From Candidatus Hadarchaeota archaeon (GTDB lineage Archaea; CAYQAE01; CAYVLA01), in contig CAZUNO010000036.1 in assembly GCA_964621445.1 (NCBI GenBank), forward strand, positions 1 through 19,556: a stretch of DNA of 19,556 bases, written 5' to 3'. The notes beneath the pieces are model-generated. The model was given only the letters and a program-made list of their open reading frames with translations. It did no database searches and was not told the origin of the DNA. Shown here piece by piece: positions 15,585-19,556 of the stretch. Made by a program: the position numbers and the translations under genes. Position 1 is the first letter of the stretch; each line of letters opens with the position of its first letter.

Positions 15585-16576
15585 TCTCCCCGTCTCTTCT
15601 CCCCAAGGAACCAGTCGAGATACATTCGAAGTCCTTCCTCAAGTGATATCCTTGGTTTGTATCCAAGGTACCTCCTTGCCTTTGAAATATCGGCCTGTGT
15701 GTGGGGAAATTCTCCGGGGAACTCCTCCTCGTATTTCGGATCTATTTCCTCCTTGCCCATGAGTTCCCTCATCATGTCAAGGAGGGCCTTCACGGTTGTT
15801 CGCTCCCCCTTCCCCAGATTGAATACCATTCCCGATATCCCTTCCTTGACGGCTGCATTAATGGTTCCGTCCACGATATCGGAGACGTATGTGAAGTCCC
15901 TGCTATGGGTTCCATCGCCAAAGATGGTGGGCCTCTGATTGGCGTATAATTTGTTGGCAAAAATGGTTATCACCAGATCCGGCCTCTGGCTGGGGCCATA
16001 AACGGAGAAGTACCTTAAGCGGACCACGTCGGTTGAATACGCATGGTGAAAGGCCTGACAATAGTGCTCTGCCGCGAGCTTGGATGCGGCATAGGGTGAC
16101 ATCGGGGTCTTGGGGTGGTCTTCCGAAATTGGCAGTTTCTGTATATCCCCGTAAACGCTGGAGGACGAGGCGTAGACGATCCTCTTTGATTGGTCCTCGC
16201 GACAGGCAAGGAGAATGTTTAGAGTGCCCTCCACGTTTATCCGGTGTGCCTTGCGGGGCCTCCTGTTACAGTACCTGATTCCGGCTTGACCGGCCTCGTG
16301 AAAAACCAGCGTGGACCATTCACAAAGATCCTTAACGAGATCCCTGTCCAGTATGGAGCCCCTGATGAGTTTTAGGTTATCATGATTCTTGAACCTTTTC
16401 AGGTTATTTCTCTTACCAGGGTAGAAGTCATCAAAGCTGTCCAGCACCTTGACCTCCGAATCAGCCTTACTAAGCTGAGAAGTGAGATGGGAGCCTATGA
16501 ATCCCGCACCGCCGGTTACCAGTATCCTCTGCCCGCCGAGTTTCGATTCCATTTCCGGATCCAAACTATCATTCAT
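15581..16576 (-). CDS. NAD-dependent epimerase/dehydratase (extended SDR; uronate 4-epimerase/WbpP-like)
   Basis: ILVTGGAGFIGSH, ASSSSVYG, YAASK, LRYFSVYGPSQRPD, RDFTYV. The ORF track start at 16702 overlaps the divergent gene's upstream region, so ATG 16576 (MNDSLD...) is preferred. Confidence 0.92.
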   Translation of the reverse strand: MNDSLDPEMESKLGGQRILVTGGAGFIGSHLTSQLSKADSEVKVLDSFDDFYPGKRNNLKRFKNHDNLKLIRGSILDRDLVKDLCEWSTLVFHEAGQAGIRYCNRRPRKAHRINVEGTLNILLACREDQSKRIVYASSSSVYGDIQKLPISEDHPKTPMSPYAASKLAAEHYCQAFHHAYSTDVVRLRYFSVYGPSQRPDLVITIFANKLYANQRPTIFGDGTHSRDFTYVSDIVDGTINAAVKEGISGMVFNLGKGERTTVKALLDMMRELMGKEEIDPKYEEEFPGEFPHTQADISKARRYLGYKPRISLEEGLRMYLDWFLGEKRRGD

Positions 16577-16680
16577 GACACTATTATTGAGGGAGATCAG
16601 ATATGTCTTCCCCGGTTCCATGGCCTGACGTAGGGATCCATTCAATTGGTTTTCATGAAACGCATTTCTTCTACCAGGCA

Positions 16681-16719
16681 GCCGACATATATTGCTCGGC
16701 ATTAAATTGGTTGAGGGAT
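16681..16719 (+). promoter_or_regulatory. Putative TATA box within an inverted repeat, plus SD, for 16720..18543
   Basis: GCCGA-CATATATTGC-TCGGC (16681-16700), followed by GAGGGA immediately before ATG 16720. Confidence 0.35.
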
Positions 16720-18543
16720 ATGCAATTTTCCGGTATTCGCCATATGCGAGCTCGCTTCATGCAGATTACCATCATTCTACTTGCGACCATCCTAATACTG
16801 CTTCTAGTTATCCTCGTTTTCGCCCAGATAAGGAAATACCCGGTCCAGATTCCCGAGGCAGACGAGAAGTTATCAGGAAGATCGCTTGATGAACGGGTTA
16901 GTATCTGCCAATATCTGGGAGGAAAAGACGCCGCCGTCTGCTGCTCATTCGATTCCCTGGTATGGCGCGACCCAGATGCCGGTGATGACTGGGCATACAC
17001 AAACCGTACCCATTCCCTTCTTTCAAAGGTCTTTGATATCCATGATATACATCCCCAGTTCCGGACATCTGCAACCTTCGTGGCCCGGAACAGGTATGGA
17101 CTGGATAAGAACGGGGATGCCAGGTGGGACCCAGGTGTGGATCACGATAATTACCGCGATGTCGACGTAAGATATGCCCCGGGTCACGTTCGTGACTGGA
17201 TCATCGAGGTTGAGTCCTTGGGATGGATCGATATCGAGGATCACGGCTTGACCCATTCCCCTGATGGGGCAAGGAACCTGGATTTTGGGGAGTTCGATCC
17301 CTATAGAAATCCAAACGCCACCGACATAGAGTGGTGTCGAGATCAGGTGAAATTGATCCGCTCCATATTCAGCGAGATAGGCCTGGATAATTCCGAGATT
17401 ACGGGGTTCAGGGGTCCCTGTAACAGGTGGACGGATCCACTGATCGATGCCCTTGTCGAAAACAACTTCGATTATCTGATGATCAAGGGCGGGCGGCACT
17501 ATCTACATCGCCATTTGAGAAGGGGAGGAACCAGCTACTATGAGCATTTCACCGTTTTCCCGGAGATCTATGAGACGGAGAGAGGAACGAGAATACTGAC
17601 CTTGCCCTCCAACGCCCATCCCCACGATCCCGATTATGAAAGGTACTACGAATATGCGATACGTTCAGGCGGCATAATTTCATTCTTTTTTCACCCCGAG
17701 GAGTTGTTCCACCGGGAGACATTCGATGCATTCGACGAACGTCTTCGACATCTCGAGAGTTATGACCAGGATGATTCCGATGGAGTAATCGGTGACCAAC
17801 TATGGTGGTGTACTGCAAGGGAGCTGGCGGATTACGTGAATCTACGGAGGAAAACCATGGTAACCGGCGTTGAAACCCGGGAGAAAGCCCTGAAAATCGA
17901 GCTCACAAACGACGGAAACAAGACCGGTGAGATCTCCCTGGCCATCAACCCGGGAGGTGATCTTATTGAGGCGGACATCTCCTGCCAGGAGCCGGCGAGA
18001 TTGACCTGGACACCTGATGGACTGCTGATCCTAACCACAAATCTAACTCCTGGGAATAAAGTCCTTAATTTGGTGTCCGATAAATCCCTTATTCTCCAGG
18101 ATATCTCTAGCCGCGTGGACGAGGGCCGGTCAAGTGAAATAATCGAACAGTGGTTGACGGAAGGCCGGCAAATAAGGGCTTCAAATAACCTTTTGCTTTC
18201 CTCATCAATCGGGCTTCAGTTTGTGGGGGCATCTATGGTGCTGGGTTTTCTCAAGTGGAGGGGGCTCAAAACCTCCCTGTTAATCTTGCTTCTATCGCTT
18301 GTAATCGGGCTCATGCTTCTTGCCGGTTGGTCCCTCATAGAGAAGCTTATGTGGGTGACCTACGAATACACGGGGGTTGGCCCCGTCCAGAAATATGCTA
18401 CCTATGGCCTTAATCTCGCCACGACCACGGATATGAAGACGGGATTTTCGCTGCCCCTAGCCTTTATTATTGCCTTTCCAGGATTTTTTGTGTTCTTGGC
18501 TTACCTGGTAGGTAACTTTTTAGGGAGATCAAGAGCAAAATAA
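16720..18543 (+). CDS. Membrane-anchored polysaccharide deacetylase (NodB/CE4-like) with C-terminal beta domain and about three C-terminal TM helices
   Basis: N-terminal TM; CCSFDS, ATFV, EDHGLTH (HxxxH), GFRGP, FDY, FFFHP, LWW.T..ELADY; hydrophobic helices near the C-terminus. ORF track start 16603; ATG 16720 with SD preferred. Confidence 0.8.
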   Translation: MQFSGIRHMRARFMQITIILLATILILLLVILVFAQIRKYPVQIPEADEKLSGRSLDERVSICQYLGGKDAAVCCSFDSLVWRDPDAGDDWAYTNRTHSLLSKVFDIHDIHPQFRTSATFVARNRYGLDKNGDARWDPGVDHDNYRDVDVRYAPGHVRDWIIEVESLGWIDIEDHGLTHSPDGARNLDFGEFDPYRNPNATDIEWCRDQVKLIRSIFSEIGLDNSEITGFRGPCNRWTDPLIDALVENNFDYLMIKGGRHYLHRHLRRGGTSYYEHFTVFPEIYETERGTRILTLPSNAHPHDPDYERYYEYAIRSGGIISFFFHPEELFHRETFDAFDERLRHLESYDQDDSDGVIGDQLWWCTARELADYVNLRRKTMVTGVETREKALKIELTNDGNKTGEISLAINPGGDLIEADISCQEPARLTWTPDGLLILTTNLTPGNKVLNLVSDKSLILQDISSRVDEGRSSEIIEQWLTEGRQIRASNNLLLSSSIGLQFVGASMVLGFLKWRGLKTSLLILLLSLVIGLMLLAGWSLIEKLMWVTYEYTGVGPVQKYATYGLNLATTTDMKTGFSLPLAFIIAFPGFFVFLAYLVGNFLGRSRAK

Positions 18544-18578
18544 TGGGAAATATCCCTTGAGTCTCGAGCAAAGCCGGA

Positions 18579-19556
18579 TTATCCCAGAACCTCCCCGTAT
18601 ATGTCAGCAAGTTGTTTGGCGAGAACCGAATAACGGAATTGCCTCTCTGCCCTATTTTTGGACCGTTTGGCCATCCTTTTCCGTTTGGCCGGGTTCTCGA
18701 GAAGTTCGTTTATACGCAGTGAAAGATCCTTGGACGAACCGTAGGGCACCAGAAACCCGTCGAATTGGTCTCTTATCAAATATGGCTGTCCGCCGACATC
18801 CGTACTGACCACCGGATTTCCACATGCCATGGCCTGCATGACCGATTGGCTGGTGCCTTCGTACCCGCTTGGGAGAACGAAAACATCACTGGCGGCCAGG
18901 GCATTCTTCTTGGCTTCCGTGTCATAGATGGGGCCAAGGAAAGAAACGCCGTTTTCTATGCCCAATTCTTCGATTATCCTAGTCAGATATGCTTTGTGCC
19001 CCTTTTCATCCGGACCTACCAGAACCAATTCTGCGTCCGGATTACGCGCGATTATCTTAGGCCACCCCTTGATTAGATATTCCAGTCCCTTGGTGGGATT
19101 CAAACGGCCCAAGTAAAGGACGATTTTCCCATCCAGGTTGTATTGGTCCCGGAAAGCATCTCCCAGCCCGGGTTCAAGTAGCTCGTCACGGACGCCGGAT
19201 TGGGTCACGGAGATATCCTCCCTGTTGAACCCTATTGATACCAAGCTGTCGATGAGGTTTGGAGCCCGAACAAGTATACGATCGAATTTGTCTGTAATCG
19301 TGCCACCTGCGAGATTATCAGCCAAATAGATGGGTATGTCCTTGTAGAACGGTCTGGGCACCAGGTGCTGAACATCAAAGACGGTTACCACTGACGGTGT
19401 GTTATTTTTCGAGAGTATTGTAGCCAGAGTCTGGAACTGGAGATAATCATAACAATGAAGTATATCACAATCCGTATTCCTTAGAGCTTTTAGCAGAGAG
19501 GGCCACGCTTTCACCCTGTAGGTAAGGTCAATCGGGGTCGGGAAGCGGTCTACGGT
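18579..19556 (-). CDS. Glycosyltransferase family 4 (GT-B), 5'-truncated by the window edge
   Basis: DILHC, YLGRLNPTKG, LVLVGPD, DVFVLPSGYEG....MQAMACGNPVVSTDVGG. The frame stays open from 19514 to the window end (TVDRFPTPIDLTYRV...). Confidence 0.93.
   Translation of the reverse strand, partial: TVDRFPTPIDLTYRVKAWPSLLKALRNTDCDILHCYDYLQFQTLATILSKNNTPSVVTVFDVQHLVPRPFYKDIPIYLADNLAGGTITDKFDRILVRAPNLIDSLVSIGFNREDISVTQSGVRDELLEPGLGDAFRDQYNLDGKIVLYLGRLNPTKGLEYLIKGWPKIIARNPDAELVLVGPDEKGHKAYLTRIIEELGIENGVSFLGPIYDTEAKKNALAASDVFVLPSGYEGTSQSVMQAMACGNPVVSTDVGGQPYLIRDQFDGFLVPYGSSKDLSLRINELLENPAKRKRMAKRSKNRAERQFRYSVLAKQLADIYGEVLG

Noticed and set aside
16577-16719. Apparent head-to-head overlap of ORFs 15581..16702 and 16603..18543
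   Set aside because: An artefact of longest-ORF calling; downstream ATGs at 16576 and 16720 leave a normal divergent intergenic region with promoter-like elements.
165-19329. Numerous short overlapping or antisense ORFs in the track (e.g. 165..413, 4097..4489, 4576..4965, 9942..10415, 12594..13043, 14845..15216, 17023..17499, 18557..18808)
   Set aside because: They overlap well-supported genes, have no recognisable motifs, and are expected shadow ORFs at this GC content.

Overview
This looks like an archaeal chromosome segment (inferred from GGTGA/GGAGG ribosome-binding sites, BRE+TTTAAA-type boxes, TTG/GTG starts, and many N-x-S/T sequons in secreted proteins). It has two parts. (1) 1027-10548 holds nine exported or membrane proteins of unknown function in four paralogous families, which I call A, B, C and D. 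They are arranged as a repeated, translationally coupled cassette: B-A on the minus strand, then A-D-C and B-A-D-C on the plus strand. A is a secreted two-domain beta protein with a conserved N-terminal beta-strand and a pilin/WxL-like C-terminus. B and D share a PapD/DUF916/NEW3-like N-terminal module; B adds an Ig domain and a C-terminal membrane anchor, D adds two Trp/Tyr-rich repeats. C carries a shared tip domain on either a short or a very long (about 230 aa coiled-coil) membrane-anchored stalk. (2) The flanks encode glycan/polysaccharide synthesis and modification: a SAM methyltransferase, a PIG-L deacetylase, two membrane-anchored polysaccharide-deacetylase-like proteins plus a probable third cut by the left edge, an NDP-sugar nucleotidyltransferase, a nucleotide-sugar dehydrogenase, an epimerase and a GT4 glycosyltransferase. 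The best novel-system candidate is a chaperone-assisted, strand-donation-type archaeal surface filament or adhesion complex embedded in an exopolysaccharide/glycosylation locus; this is a hypothesis from sequence patterns only. No RNA genes, CRISPR arrays or mobile elements were seen.
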